Positions 37,682 to 48,231 of a stretch of DNA of 64,000 nt are shown piece by piece. Source of the stretch: Candidatus Edwardsbacteria bacterium (GTDB lineage Bacteria > Edwardsbacteria > AC1 > EtOH8); the NCBI GenBank assembly GCA_018821925.1, contig JAHJLF010000053.1, forward strand, positions 495-64,494, in the 5' to 3' direction. The notes beneath the pieces were generated by a model that was not told the DNA's origin, searched no databases, and saw only the letters and a program-made list of their open reading frames with translations. The position numbers were made by a program, and so were the translations under genes. Every line of letters starts with the position of its first letter. Positions within the stretch are counted from its first letter, which is position 1.

Positions 37682-38503
37682 ATGAAGAGAATTCTGATAT
37701 CATTGGCCGTCCTGGGGCTGGCCGTTTTCGGCTGCGGAAAGAAATCAGCCGATCAGCCAGCCATTGCCAGGGTCAATAAAGCGGTGCTGGTCCAGCAGGA
37801 TTTCATCGATATCCTGCCCGAGGGGATGACCAATGTCACTCCGGCCCAGAAGGAGGAGTTCGTCCGCCGCTGGGTGAACACCGAGCTGTTCTACCAGGAA
37901 GCCCAGAAGAAGGGGCTGGACAAGGAGCCCAAGATAGCCAAGCAGATCCGCGACCTTCAGAAGGAGATCCTGGCCAATCAGTTCATCCAAAAGGAGATTG
38001 TGGAAAAACTAAAGGTCACCGATACCGAGGCCAGGGAATATTTTGAGGCCCACCAGGAAGAATATCAGGCGGAGGTAAAACTCAGCCAGATACTTACCGC
38101 CACGGCCGACCAGGCCCAGATGGTCAAGGCCTCCCTGGACAATGGCGAGGATTTTGCCAAGCTGGCCCGGGAAAAATCCCTGGATCCCACCACCAAGGAC
38201 AAGGGCGGCGACCTGGGAATATACCTGCGGCGCGGCAGCGGCCAGATCCCGATCGATTTCGAGGAAAAGGTCTTCTCCCTGAAGAAGGGCGGAATATCCG
38301 AACCCATCAAGCTGTCGGACGGCTACCATATCATGAAGGTCACCGAACGCCGGATATCCCCCCAGGGAGTCAAGTTTGAGGACATCCGGGAGGATCTGGT
38401 CTATGGGCTGACCATGCTCCGGCAGAAGACCAGATTCGACAATATCAGCGACAGTCTGCGGCTGGCCTCCAAGGTGGAGAGCCATCCGGAATTGATAAAA
38501 TAA
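37682..38503 (+). CDS. Parvulin-type PPIase lipoprotein (PrsA/SurA-like)
   Basis: VFGC lipobox; PpiC domain KGGDLGIY...GYHIMKV. Confidence 0.8.
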   Translation: MKRILISLAVLGLAVFGCGKKSADQPAIARVNKAVLVQQDFIDILPEGMTNVTPAQKEEFVRRWVNTELFYQEAQKKGLDKEPKIAKQIRDLQKEILANQFIQKEIVEKLKVTDTEAREYFEAHQEEYQAEVKLSQILTATADQAQMVKASLDNGEDFAKLAREKSLDPTTKDKGGDLGIYLRRGSGQIPIDFEEKVFSLKKGGISEPIKLSDGYHIMKVTERRISPQGVKFEDIREDLVYGLTMLRQKTRFDNISDSLRLASKVESHPELIK

Positions 38504-38545
38504 TTCTCAGATCAACTTAAGGCCTAATATTTACGAGAGGTAATA

Positions 38546-39826
38546 ATGAAGATTTCCAAGACCCTGCTGGCTCTATTGCTGTTGTTCGGCGGCACCGCCT
38601 GGGCCGGCGATACCCTGGATGCCGTCATCGGAAGGGTGGGCGACCAGCCGATCCTCAAGAGCGAGGTGGACCGCCAGGTCCAGCTTTACCGGATGCAGGT
38701 TCCCCAGGATCCCACCCCGCTGGATTCGCTGCGAAGAATGGCCCTGGAGCAGAAGATAGAGAACTATGTGATGCTGGCCCAGGCCAAGAAGGAATCCATT
38801 TTTGTAAAAGACGCCGAGATAGACGAAATACTCGACCAGCGGATCGCCGAGATGAGGTCCCAGTTCCCCACCGAGGAACAGTTCAATGCCCAGCTTAAAG
38901 CCGAGGGCACCACGGTGGCCCAGCTCAAGGCCAAACACCGCAGCGATGTCAAGAGTATGCTTATCGTTCAGCGGTTGATCGACCGGAACCTTCGTTCCCA
39001 GGTCACCCCGCCGACCACCAAGGAGCTGGAGGCTTTCTTCGCCAGTCACAAGGATTCCCTCCCCGGCGAGCCGGAGAAGGTCGACCTCTCGCATATATTG
39101 ATAGCCCCCAAGCCGGGCCAGAAATCCAAGACCGACGCCCAGGCCAAGGTTCAGCAGGTGTTGAACCAGCTCAAGCTGAAGAAACCCTTTGCCGAGGTGG
39201 CCAAAAAATATTCCCAGGATCCGGGCTCCGCCTCCAACGGCGGGGACCTGGGTTGGTTCGGGCGCAACCAGATGGTGCCGGAGTTCGAACAGGCGGCCTT
39301 CGCCCTCAAGCCGGGACAGGTGTCCGGCGTGATCGTCACCCAGTTCGGATTTCACATCATCAAACTGCTGGAAAAGAAGGGTGATCAGGTTCATGCGGCC
39401 CATATTCTGATCATGGTCGCTCCCTCGGCCGCCGATATGTCCAAGGCCAAAAGAACGATCACCGCCCTGCACGAGAGGGTGATCGTCGGCAAGGAAAATA
39501 TCAACAAGCTGGCCAAGACTTACTCCGATGACCCTGAGGCCAAGAACACCGACGGCAAACTGATGGGCATCCCGGTGGAGGGCTTCCCGGCCGAGATCAA
39601 GGATGAGCTGGCCATCCTGAAGGAGGGGGAGGTCAGCGACGTGATCGAGACCCCCACCGGTTTCCACATCGTCAAGCTGGAAAAACGCTACCCGGCCAAG
39701 ACCGCCACTATGGAAGCAGTCAGGGAGCAGCTGACCGAGTATTTGAAGTCCAAGAAGATGCAGGATCTCTACGAAGCCTGGATGAAGAAGCTGAAAACCC
39801 AGTATTTCATTGAACGCAAGTTATAG
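38546..39826 (+). CDS. surA: Chaperone SurA (N-terminal SurA domain plus two parvulin domains)
   Basis: Signal peptide; two PpiC domains. Confidence 0.85.
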   Translation: MKISKTLLALLLLFGGTAWAGDTLDAVIGRVGDQPILKSEVDRQVQLYRMQVPQDPTPLDSLRRMALEQKIENYVMLAQAKKESIFVKDAEIDEILDQRIAEMRSQFPTEEQFNAQLKAEGTTVAQLKAKHRSDVKSMLIVQRLIDRNLRSQVTPPTTKELEAFFASHKDSLPGEPEKVDLSHILIAPKPGQKSKTDAQAKVQQVLNQLKLKKPFAEVAKKYSQDPGSASNGGDLGWFGRNQMVPEFEQAAFALKPGQVSGVIVTQFGFHIIKLLEKKGDQVHAAHILIMVAPSAADMSKAKRTITALHERVIVGKENINKLAKTYSDDPEAKNTDGKLMGIPVEGFPAEIKDELAILKEGEVSDVIETPTGFHIVKLEKRYPAKTATMEAVREQLTEYLKSKKMQDLYEAWMKKLKTQYFIERKL

Positions 39827-39837
39827 AAGCTATACAA

Positions 39838-39875
39838 ACAAAAAGCCCCGCCAACGGCGGGGCTTTTATATTTAT
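39838..39875. terminator. Bidirectional rho-independent terminator
   Basis: Stem aaagccccgcc/ggcggggcttt with T-rich tracts on both sides; it lies between convergent genes. Confidence 0.6.
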
Positions 39876-39885
39876 GCATAAGGCA

Positions 39886-40650
39886 TCATTCTAATGGCAT
39901 TTTCACCACCAGCATTCCTTCTTTCCAGTCGGACGACTGGGCCAGGCATTTTCCCTCCGGGGAGAAAAGATATCCGCCCCCGGGGAAATCCTCGTCCACT
40001 GTCCGGCCGGCCTGGGTGGCTACGGCAATATGGAGATCCTGATCGGCGGCATATTTGCCCAGCTTGCCGAAGCATTCGCCCCTCCACCAATCGTAACCCT
40101 CCTGCCAGTTCCTGGCCTTTTGTTCCCCGTAAAGGCCGGGTGCGGCGCACGCTATGACCAGCCTGGCCCCCTTGTGGGCCAGCTCGCGGAAGATGTTTTC
40201 ATCGTCAATATCGGCGCAGATGGCTATGCCGTATTTCATGCCTGAGTGTGAAAAGACCGGCTGGTCATTACCCGGACTGAACCACTCGGCCTCTTCGTCC
40301 TTGATGGTCTTCTTGCGGTAATATCCCAGGACCGCTCCATCCTGCGCCACCAACTGGGTGATGAATGGTTTGCCTGCGGCGTTCTCCTCCACAAACCCGG
40401 CGATGATGGTCGTATGGTATTCCCGGCTTAGATCAGCGGCCTGCCTGATGGCGGGATGATCCCGGGAGATAACCGCCTGAGGATGCTGCTGGGGATCGAT
40501 ATACCCGGTGATGTTCATCTCCGGAAAGTAGACGATATCGGCCTTGGCATCTTTTGCCTGGTCAAGATAACGGCGCATCTCTTTTATATTTTCATCTATG
40601 GCCGCCTTCTCGCACCGCATTTGGATAAGGGCAAGGGATATAAATGTCAT
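39886..40650 (-). CDS. Carbon-nitrogen hydrolase (nitrilase superfamily) protein
   Basis: E-K-C triad context (FPEM..., ...IAICADI...). Confidence 0.85.
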   Translation of the reverse strand: MTFISLALIQMRCEKAAIDENIKEMRRYLDQAKDAKADIVYFPEMNITGYIDPQQHPQAVISRDHPAIRQAADLSREYHTTIIAGFVEENAAGKPFITQLVAQDGAVLGYYRKKTIKDEEAEWFSPGNDQPVFSHSGMKYGIAICADIDDENIFRELAHKGARLVIACAAPGLYGEQKARNWQEGYDWWRGECFGKLGKYAADQDLHIAVATQAGRTVDEDFPGGGYLFSPEGKCLAQSSDWKEGMLVVKMPLE

Positions 40651-40877
40651 ACCTATTTATTGCTTGATAAAATAATACATAACCTTCCTGTCGTCTCGAT
40701 ACGCCCGCCCAGAGTTGAGGTGCTTTTATAGCATCTAATTCTGTCCGGCACTCGACGACCAGGCTTAACAATATTAAGTGCGCTGAAAAAATAACAAATA
40801 TGAAATCTTGTGGTTCTTTTAGCTTTTTCTAAACGATTTCTTGGCCAACTTTGGTAACTCTGAAAATTCGCCCATTA

Positions 40878-41114
40878 TTAATGATTTTTTCTTTTTTGGC
40901 TCCAGTTTTGTATCTGTTTTTCCCGATTGAATGCCTGATCTATTCTAGGGTATTCTTCATAATAAACCAAATCAACCGGCAAACGTTTTTTCGTGTAGTT
41001 CGCCCCCACACCACTTTGGTGTTCGTTCAGTCTTTTTTTGAGGTTCACTGTACTGCCGGTATAATAGGTGCCATCATTACATTTAAGTATGTACATGTAA
41101 CCCATCATAGACAT
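40878..41114 (-). CDS. GIY-YIG nuclease family protein
   Basis: YMYILKCNDGTYYTGSTVNLKKRLNEH. Confidence 0.8.
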   Translation of the reverse strand: MSMMGYMYILKCNDGTYYTGSTVNLKKRLNEHQSGVGANYTKKRLPVDLVYYEEYPRIDQAFNREKQIQNWSQKRKNH

Positions 41115-41203
41115 AATTTAATCACTGCTTAATGACCAACATCGGGCAATCGTATATTTCGGTTGCCGAGTTAGCCAAAGGCTAGTATCGAGGAAACCGA
41201 ATA

Positions 41204-44152
41204 TTAAAACTTTATGCTCATCCCTTCCCCGCTGCCGCCGAAGCCGATGGTCCACCGCCAGTCGAACTGCTTCTTGCCCTCTTCCGGCTTATTTATCCAC
41301 AACGGGAACATCAGCCGCATCGGCCCCAGGGCCAGCGACAGTCCGGCATCGGCCCGGATGCCATCGGCGGAGAACTCCAGCCAGTCGTTAGCCACCTGTC
41401 CGGCCCCGGCAAAGAATGAGACCGGGCTCTTCATTATGGGCAGGGTCATATTAACCGCCAACAGGTTCTTGCCCCGGATATGGGTGCCGTAATAGCCCGG
41501 CAGGTTGGCTCCGCCGTCCACATGATAATGTTCCTGGGTGGAGAACCCGTCCTTTCCTGAGGCTAGCATGTTATCCAGCCCGGTGCTTTTGAAGCTGCCG
41601 GCCAGAAAGAACTGCTCCTGAGCCGGGGCCGGCCCCTGGATGTACCCGGCTACTAAACGGAATCTGGGGTTGATATGTTCATTGATCCTAAAGGTGAGTT
41701 TTTCCTCCAGTTCAAATTTGAGGTAGTTGTTGATATCCGATTTCGGTCTCTGGAGGTAGCCTGCGGTTATCGTGCTGAGAAATAGTGACCGGCCCCAGTG
41801 GCTGGTCAGATTATAGCCCCGCTGGGCCATCAGGCTGACCACTGCCGCAGTGTCCACGTCGCGGGGATCCCAGAAACGGTAATCCTTGTAGCGGGTATAA
41901 TCCAGCCGCACGTCGAAACTCTCGGTGGGATCCAACATCAGCCGCGGCCCCCAGGTCCGTTTGAGCCCGATCCCGGCATAGTTGATATCGAAGGCCGAGC
42001 TGGCGGCAAGATAGATCCGCGGCGGCCGGGAGCGTGAATCCACCGGGGTCTGGTAATCGAAGCTGAAGCTGATCTCTTTCGATTTAAACCCGTAGAACGG
42101 CGAAAAAGACCACTGGTGATGCCCCACCATGGGATCGCCGTCGGCCAGGTAAGCGCCGTGGAATATGGTCCCCAGGCGGAAGCCGTTGACCTGGTCATAC
42201 CAGGGAACAGGCAGCCAGAACATATTGTAGGATTCGAAGGACGGCAGGCGGGGGCCCAGGGTTATCTTATATTTCCGGGGCCGGCAATTATTCCAGCGGT
42301 TGGTTTCCAGCAGAACATTGTCGGGATCGATCACGGCGGAGATCAGTTTCCCGTCGGTCTGCAGCAGAAAGGTTGTATCCCTTCCCCTGCCGCTCCATAA
42401 AACATCGTATTTTTTATTGATGGCGTCCTCGGCTGAGAATGCCGCCGGGATGGCCAGATCCCCATTTCTGGCCAGTGTGATACTGTAGGTGTTTCTTTGT
42501 TCCTTTATCTGACGCACCGAAGCCACCGAGTAATCACTCATTCCGGTGGTTTTTAACCAGGGAGCAAAATATGGCTTGACGTCTTTTTGTGAATATTTTT
42601 TTACCGCATCATAGAATTTTTCCGTACTGACATGCCGGAACTGGTTGTCGCGGTAATAACCCTGCATCACCCGGTCGAAAGCAGAATTCCCCAGATATTC
42701 TTTTAGCCACCACATCATGGCCGCCGGCTTCATGTAGGCGCTGGCGGCATACTGCCCCATCTCCCCGGAGATGCAGGCCCTGGTATCGACCGGCTGATCC
42801 ATTCTATTGGCAGAATAAAGGTAGGGAATCATCCGTCCCACATTCCGGTTGCTGGCCTCTGGTAATAATCTCCTCAGGGACTCCTTGGCCAGATAGTTAC
42901 CGTCCGGGCCGTATTTCTCCTCAAAATATCTCTGCTCCGAGAAGGAGTTGATCCCCTCGTCCAGCCAGGCCTCGTCCATCTCGTTGTTGCCCAGGATGCC
43001 GTAGAACCACTGGTGGCCGATCTCGTGCATCACCACCATCTCCAGGGTCCGGGTGTATTGATCCTCGCCGGTGGACACGATCACCATATTAGGATACTCC
43101 ATGCCGCCCCCGGCGGCCATGTCGCCCTCACAAACGGTCAGGGTGGAATAGGGATATTGGCCGTACCACCTTCCGTAGTAATCCAGGGCATCCTTGGCGT
43201 ACTGCATCACGTTCTTCCAGCGTTCCTTCTGCCCGGGCCGGTAGAGGATTTTTATGGCGATGTCGCCGTGCAGCTCGGAAATCTCCGAATATTCCGGATC
43301 GGCGCACCAGGCAAAATCGTGAACATTATCGGCTGTAAATAGGTGATAGGATACTGGCTCATTGACCTGTAAGATCGTATCCTCCGGATCCAGGATCTCC
43401 TCCCCGGTGGAGCCTATTTTGAAATCTTTGGGAACGGTCAGGCCCACTTGAAAGCTCCCATAGTCCCCGTAGAACTCGCCGATATAATGATAGCCGTCGG
43501 CATGCCAACCCTTGGCATCGTAAACGGCGATCTTGGGATACCACTGGGAGATCTCGTAATGAATCCCGCTATGACCCATCCTGGAGAAAAATTTCGGCAC
43601 CTTGACATTGAAATCGAAATAGAAATCCACCGAATCACCGGGAGCCAGAGGCGCCGGCAATTCCAGACTGGCCGAGGTCGAGTCCAGCTTATATTTTGGT
43701 TCTTTGAATTTTTTATTAACAGCCGGGTGGTTGCCTCCGTAATCACCAAATATCTCCATTTCATCCGCTCGGCCGCCCCGGATAAATGGGACACCATATT
43801 CTGGGCCGTATTTGAATACTGCGGTGCTGCCAGCCACCAGCAGTGAATTGATCTCGATCCATCCCCTTTCCTCCGGGGAGGAGTGCCGGATTCGGTAGTC
43901 CTGCTGTTGTTCTGCTTCCCGGGCAAAGAAGGTGGAGTTGTCCCGGTAGGCGTTGGGATACAGATTGAACCAAACACTGTTCAAAGTATCCGGCGAGTTG
44001 TTGAAATATCTCAGATGCTGGGTGGCAAATATCTTGTGCTCCACCGTATCCAGCCGGGCGTCGATATTATATTCCACCCTCTGCTGCCAGGCCTGGCAGA
44101 CGCTAGCAAAGATCAGGGGAAGAACCGCTAAAAGTAAACTGATCCTTTTCAT
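41204..44152 (-). CDS. M1-family zinc aminopeptidase fused to a C-terminal outer-membrane beta-barrel-like domain
   Basis: Signal peptide; HEIGHQWF...X18...E (WLDEG) gluzincin motif; the C-terminal ~400 aa show alternating amphipathic strands and a terminal Phe (..MSIKF). Confidence 0.75.
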   Translation of the reverse strand: MKRISLLLAVLPLIFASVCQAWQQRVEYNIDARLDTVEHKIFATQHLRYFNNSPDTLNSVWFNLYPNAYRDNSTFFAREAEQQQDYRIRHSSPEERGWIEINSLLVAGSTAVFKYGPEYGVPFIRGGRADEMEIFGDYGGNHPAVNKKFKEPKYKLDSTSASLELPAPLAPGDSVDFYFDFNVKVPKFFSRMGHSGIHYEISQWYPKIAVYDAKGWHADGYHYIGEFYGDYGSFQVGLTVPKDFKIGSTGEEILDPEDTILQVNEPVSYHLFTADNVHDFAWCADPEYSEISELHGDIAIKILYRPGQKERWKNVMQYAKDALDYYGRWYGQYPYSTLTVCEGDMAAGGGMEYPNMVIVSTGEDQYTRTLEMVVMHEIGHQWFYGILGNNEMDEAWLDEGINSFSEQRYFEEKYGPDGNYLAKESLRRLLPEASNRNVGRMIPYLYSANRMDQPVDTRACISGEMGQYAASAYMKPAAMMWWLKEYLGNSAFDRVMQGYYRDNQFRHVSTEKFYDAVKKYSQKDVKPYFAPWLKTTGMSDYSVASVRQIKEQRNTYSITLARNGDLAIPAAFSAEDAINKKYDVLWSGRGRDTTFLLQTDGKLISAVIDPDNVLLETNRWNNCRPRKYKITLGPRLPSFESYNMFWLPVPWYDQVNGFRLGTIFHGAYLADGDPMVGHHQWSFSPFYGFKSKEISFSFDYQTPVDSRSRPPRIYLAASSAFDINYAGIGLKRTWGPRLMLDPTESFDVRLDYTRYKDYRFWDPRDVDTAAVVSLMAQRGYNLTSHWGRSLFLSTITAGYLQRPKSDINNYLKFELEEKLTFRINEHINPRFRLVAGYIQGPAPAQEQFFLAGSFKSTGLDNMLASGKDGFSTQEHYHVDGGANLPGYYGTHIRGKNLLAVNMTLPIMKSPVSFFAGAGQVANDWLEFSADGIRADAGLSLALGPMRLMFPLWINKPEEGKKQFDWRWTIGFGGSGEGMSIKF

Positions 44153-44619
44153 TTTGGCTCCGTATTGTTTTTATTGATCTCTTTGTTCTTCGCCGGCTCG
44201 GCCGGTTTTATTCTGTCTTTTAAAACCGCCATGATCTCCTCGCGGTGTTTTCCGTATTGCAGGTATATGCCCCTGAAATTCTCCAGCCAGGTCTGTTTGG
44301 CAAAAGGCGACAGCAACACCCCGTTCTTGTCGGGATAATGGCTGTTGATCTGCTCCCACTTGCGGGCGATGGTCACCCCGCCCCGCTTCATGCTTACCCC
44401 CTGGTGATCGAAGGTATATCTGCTCTTAAGGAAGAAAGGGAACTCCGAGGAAAAAAGAAGAAGAAACCCCAGTCCAGCCCACAGCCAGGACTGCATCAAA
44501 AGATAGATAACCACCATCGCCAGCGGCGGGGTCAAAATGGCTATCAGGGCCTTGGTCCGGGACTCCGCCAGTGGGAAGACAGTCCATTCCATAATTATTT
44601 TTCTCTGCTCCTCGGTCAT
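44149..44619 (-). CDS. Hypothetical membrane protein (156 aa)
   Basis: 2 TM segments; 4-nt overlaps with both neighbouring genes. Confidence 0.5.
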   Translation of the reverse strand: MTEEQRKIIMEWTVFPLAESRTKALIAILTPPLAMVVIYLLMQSWLWAGLGFLLLFSSEFPFFLKSRYTFDHQGVSMKRGGVTIARKWEQINSHYPDKNGVLLSPFAKQTWLENFRGIYLQYGKHREEIMAVLKDRIKPAEPAKNKEINKNNTEPK

Positions 44620-45158
44620 TGCGCCTCCTTGATCTGTTTTCGGTAATCATCCTTCAATGCCTGAAAATATTTTAACGCCTCGGGGCACTGGTAGTCGGGA
44701 TAGGTCCATTCCAGCGGCTTGAACCCGTCCCCCCGGTAGATGAGGGTGACATCCCCATAAATACCCTGGCCCAGGTAGACCCGGTGGGAAAAATCCTTGC
44801 AGGTGGCCAGTATCACCCGGGCCTCGTTAACATAACCCGGATCGATGTTCACGATCCGCCCGGTGCTTTCACTGGCCTTCAGGTATTCATCCTCCAGTTG
44901 ATTCGATATCAGCTTAAGCTCCGGCAATTTCCCCGGGTCCTCCAGTTGGTGCAGGCTCCACCAGGTCCGGAAAAGCTTGGGGCCCATCTCCGGGGCGTAG
45001 TAATCGGTGGAGCCGCTGAAATCCAGCACCTGGCTTTTACGGTCTATCACACCAAAATGCTTATGCAGTTCCCTTTCCAGGTCACACAGACTCACTTCGG
45101 GGGAATATATCAATCCCAGAAAACATTTGACCGGCTTGACCATTCTGATTATGGACAT
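44616..45158 (-). CDS. Hypothetical protein (DUF4416-like), 180 aa
   Basis: ORF only. Confidence 0.55.
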   Translation of the reverse strand: MSIIRMVKPVKCFLGLIYSPEVSLCDLERELHKHFGVIDRKSQVLDFSGSTDYYAPEMGPKLFRTWWSLHQLEDPGKLPELKLISNQLEDEYLKASESTGRIVNIDPGYVNEARVILATCKDFSHRVYLGQGIYGDVTLIYRGDGFKPLEWTYPDYQCPEALKYFQALKDDYRKQIKEAQ

Positions 45159-45164
45159 ATTGCT

Positions 45165-46145
45165 TTATGAACGCTTGAAATATTTTTTGATATACAGAAG
45201 ATATCCCAAGAGGGTGACTGCCGACAGCCATAATATATAACCTTGGTATTTCAGCATCAGAGATATGCCTTCCTGGGCATATTGTAATTGATCACTTTGG
45301 CCCATCAAGGCCACTATCTTTATCGGATCGTTCTTAGAAAAGACCAACAAGGATGAAACGGTCCCAAAAGCGGTTGAGATCACGGCGGTCCACCAGCCGC
45401 GACTATCAAGCCTGTAAATAGCATAACAAATATATGCCAATATCAAACCGTAAAATATTGTAACCAGAACGGCCGGCAATCCTGTGATTATAGAACCCCA
45501 AATGAAGCTCACGCCCAAAAAAGAGGCCAGTAGCGTCAATACCGCGTTTACTCCGTAGAACAGGCTTATTGCCAGCACCGGGGGAGGGCAGGCATCGGTC
45601 CAGGCCGGGCCGGGATCTTTTGCCTCCAATGTCTGCTTTACCGAACTTTGGGAATAAAACCATATCAGCAGAGCCGGCAACAAGACCATGAAGAGGATCG
45701 ACATTGCCCCGGACACCATGATTACAATGCCAACGATAAGTGATGGGTCAGATACTTCGGACAACATAAAAGTTCCCATCATCTTTGGCATTACAAAAAA
45801 TATCATGGCCGTAACCATCAGGCCCAGCAGCAACCACACCCAGCCGATGGAAAGAAGCACCGGCCGCACCCAGCGCTTAAGCCTGATGGAACCGATCCCT
45901 ATCCCGAGGAATATTCCGCCCAGGAAAAGATATGTCAGCAGGTTTACCAAAAGCGAGAAGACCCAATAGCCTGCCGATTGCCCGGCATCCATGGTCCGGC
46001 TCATTATACTGCCCAGCAAAACCAATGGGATCAGCAGCAGATTGAAACCGCCAATTACGATCAGCACCACCCCAAAGGCTTTCAACCCACTGGAGCGATC
46101 CTTGAATGACCCTTGATTTTGTGTAATGTTTTCCATTATTTTCAA
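45165..46145 (-). CDS. Polytopic membrane protein, unknown function
   Basis: About 8 hydrophobic segments. Confidence 0.55.
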   Translation of the reverse strand: MKIMENITQNQGSFKDRSSGLKAFGVVLIVIGGFNLLLIPLVLLGSIMSRTMDAGQSAGYWVFSLLVNLLTYLFLGGIFLGIGIGSIRLKRWVRPVLLSIGWVWLLLGLMVTAMIFFVMPKMMGTFMLSEVSDPSLIVGIVIMVSGAMSILFMVLLPALLIWFYSQSSVKQTLEAKDPGPAWTDACPPPVLAISLFYGVNAVLTLLASFLGVSFIWGSIITGLPAVLVTIFYGLILAYICYAIYRLDSRGWWTAVISTAFGTVSSLLVFSKNDPIKIVALMGQSDQLQYAQEGISLMLKYQGYILWLSAVTLLGYLLYIKKYFKRS

Positions 46146-46249
46146 AATGATTGTTTTCTATTTGTCATTCCCGCACTTCATTACATTCAGTATAAACTCA
46201 GGCGGGAATCCAGGCAAACCTGTTTCATCTCATTCAAGTGAACAACCCG

Positions 46250-46924
46250 TCACTCCCGGCACACTTTTACGCACACTCCGCAGAGATACTGCCCGATCCC
46301 CGGCAAATGTGAGAACTCTCTCAGCTTGGCAATGCACTTGGGCTTGTCGTAGCCCTGGTCCGATATGGCCTCGGCCGGGCAGGCCCTGATGCACAGCTGG
46401 CAGTCCCCGCAGGTTTTCTTGACGGGGCTTCCCGCCTCCAGCGGCATATCGGTCAGCACCGTCACCAAGCGCAGTCTTGCCCGATGTTCGGGATGAATGA
46501 ACAGGGCCGATTTTCCTATCCATCCCAGTCCGGCCTGCGCCGCAATGGCCTTATGTGACAGGTGCCCCAGGTGCTTCTCCCAGTCTATGGTCTGCGAGGC
46601 AGGGATGGGCAGGGCCTTATAGCCATTGGATTGGATGTAAGATTCTATTTTGGCCCCGGCCTGGTCCAGGACATGGTTGGCCACCCTATAGTGGTGCTTG
46701 TACAACAGGGTCGGCTGGTCGGCAATGTCGTCTATGGTGGGATCGGAAAGGCGGAAGCCCGCCGATATCCCGTATTTAAGCCCCTGGGCGGCCTGGACAA
46801 TATCGGGGTGAAAAGTTTGCCTTATCGGGTCAAGTTCCGCCACGCCGAAGACAGCCATCCCCTCATCCAGGGCGATGGCGTGAAGTTTTTCAGTATTGAT
46901 TTTGCCTTCTTTTTCCATGATCAT
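46250..46924 (-). CDS. QueG-like (DUF1730 plus 4Fe-4S) protein, short form
   Basis: GLGWIGKSALFIHPEHRARL QueG signature and a C..C..C...CP ferredoxin motif. Confidence 0.6.
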   Translation of the reverse strand: MIMEKEGKINTEKLHAIALDEGMAVFGVAELDPIRQTFHPDIVQAAQGLKYGISAGFRLSDPTIDDIADQPTLLYKHHYRVANHVLDQAGAKIESYIQSNGYKALPIPASQTIDWEKHLGHLSHKAIAAQAGLGWIGKSALFIHPEHRARLRLVTVLTDMPLEAGSPVKKTCGDCQLCIRACPAEAISDQGYDKPKCIAKLREFSHLPGIGQYLCGVCVKVCRE

Positions 46925-46925
46925 T

Positions 46926-47618
46926 TTATTTACTTATCATTAAAGCGATCTTCAATACCAGTGGTGAAATGAATATGGCCGGAAGCAAATTGGCTACTTT
47001 TAATTTTATGTTAAGTATCAAATTAAGGGCCACCCCCAGCAGCAGTATCCCGCCCACCGCCGACATCAGGTCTACATAGGGCAGGGGCATCAGACCCTTG
47101 AATATTATGGCCGCATCGGTCAACAGCCCCTGATAAACCAGGACCGCCCCGGCCGAAAACAGCACTCCCACCCCCATCGCTGAGGCCAGAGCCACCGAGG
47201 CTGTCCCATCCATCAGCGACTTGGTGAAAAGCACGGTGTGGCTGCCCATCAGGCCGTCCTCCATGCTGCCTACTATGGCCAGGGGTCCGACGCAGAACAG
47301 CAGGGAGCTGATCACGAATCCCTGCACGAATAACGTACTGTTTCCACCGGAGAATTTTTCCTGCAGTTTTTTCCCCAACCACTCCAGCCGCCCCTCCAGA
47401 TTGATCAACTCGCCGATCAACCCGCCGAGGACCAAAGATATCAATACCAGCAGCATCCGGCTGCTCTTAAAAGCCAGATCCAGCCCGATGACGATGGTGA
47501 ACAGGCCGATGGCCTTCATCACTATGTCGGAATATCGGACTGACAGTTTCCGGCGCAGCAAAAGGCCCAGAACGCTCCCTGCGATTATGGCTCCAGTGTT
47601 GACTACTGTTCCCAGCAT
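46926..47618 (-). CDS. DUF554 family membrane protein
   Basis: Hydrophobic 230-aa protein with the DUF554-like N-terminus MLGTVVNTGAII. Confidence 0.65.
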   Translation of the reverse strand: MLGTVVNTGAIIAGSVLGLLLRRKLSVRYSDIVMKAIGLFTIVIGLDLAFKSSRMLLVLISLVLGGLIGELINLEGRLEWLGKKLQEKFSGGNSTLFVQGFVISSLLFCVGPLAIVGSMEDGLMGSHTVLFTKSLMDGTASVALASAMGVGVLFSAGAVLVYQGLLTDAAIIFKGLMPLPYVDLMSAVGGILLLGVALNLILNIKLKVANLLPAIFISPLVLKIALMISK

Positions 47619-47619
47619 A

Positions 47620-48231
47620 TTATTTAAAAATCTTTCTGATCATATCCTTATTGTCTTCTATCAGCGCTCTCTGTTCCGGCCAGAATATTTCCGGAAGAAA
47701 ATTTATCGGAAACCATTTGACGATGTATTCATGCTCCGGATCGCTGGGGCTGGTCTTATTCTGGTCGGTAGTAAACAAAAAATAATGCACTGTGCCCCAA
47801 GAACCTTTCCGGAAATCCAAACGTCCGGTAGATCCAAGGCTCTTAATCAGCGTTAACTCCGTGAAACCTGCCTCTTCGGCGATCTCCCGCCGGGCGGCCT
47901 GCTCCAGATTCTCCCCGGATTCAACATGGCCCTTAGGAAGAATGTATTCCGCAAAGCCGGGCTCGGTGACCAGCGCCACCATGATTAGATCCTCTTCCTT
48001 TCGGACCACCACCCCGCCGCACGAAATATGCTCGGCCACCCCCGGCGGCTTGATATACCAGCTTTTATCTATCTTCACCGGCCCTGGTCTTTGATGAAGG
48101 CCGCTATTGAGCGGTCGTAGCTTCTCTCGGCTTTTTCCGAGAAATAGCAGGCCGGCAATTGGTTCATGGCCCGGTGATAGGCAATGCATTCGCAGCAGAC
48201 TCCCTTGCGAGAGCAGGGCTCGTAGCTGCAA
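47620..48231 (-). CDS. NUDIX hydrolase. The true start is probably GTG at 48076-48078, not the ATG at 48231.
   Basis: Nudix box [23 protein letters not shown]. The long ATG model overlaps the upstream small gene by 157 nt; the GTG start overlaps the stop of that small gene in a GTGA arrangement. Confidence 0.75.
   Translation of the reverse strand: MQLRALLSQGSLLRMHCLSPGHEPIAGLLFLGKSREKLRPLNSGLHQRPGPVKIDKSWYIKPPGVAEHISCGGVVVRKEEDLIMVALVTEPGFAEYILPKGHVESGENLEQAARREIAEEAGFTELTLIKSLGSTGRLDFRKGSWGTVHYFLFTTDQNKTSPSDPEHEYIVKWFPINFLPEIFWPEQRALIEDNKDMIRKIFK

Noticed and set aside
38573-39667. 364-aa minus-strand ORF opposite surA
   Set aside because: It is antisense to a gene with a signal peptide and two parvulin domains and has no motifs of its own.
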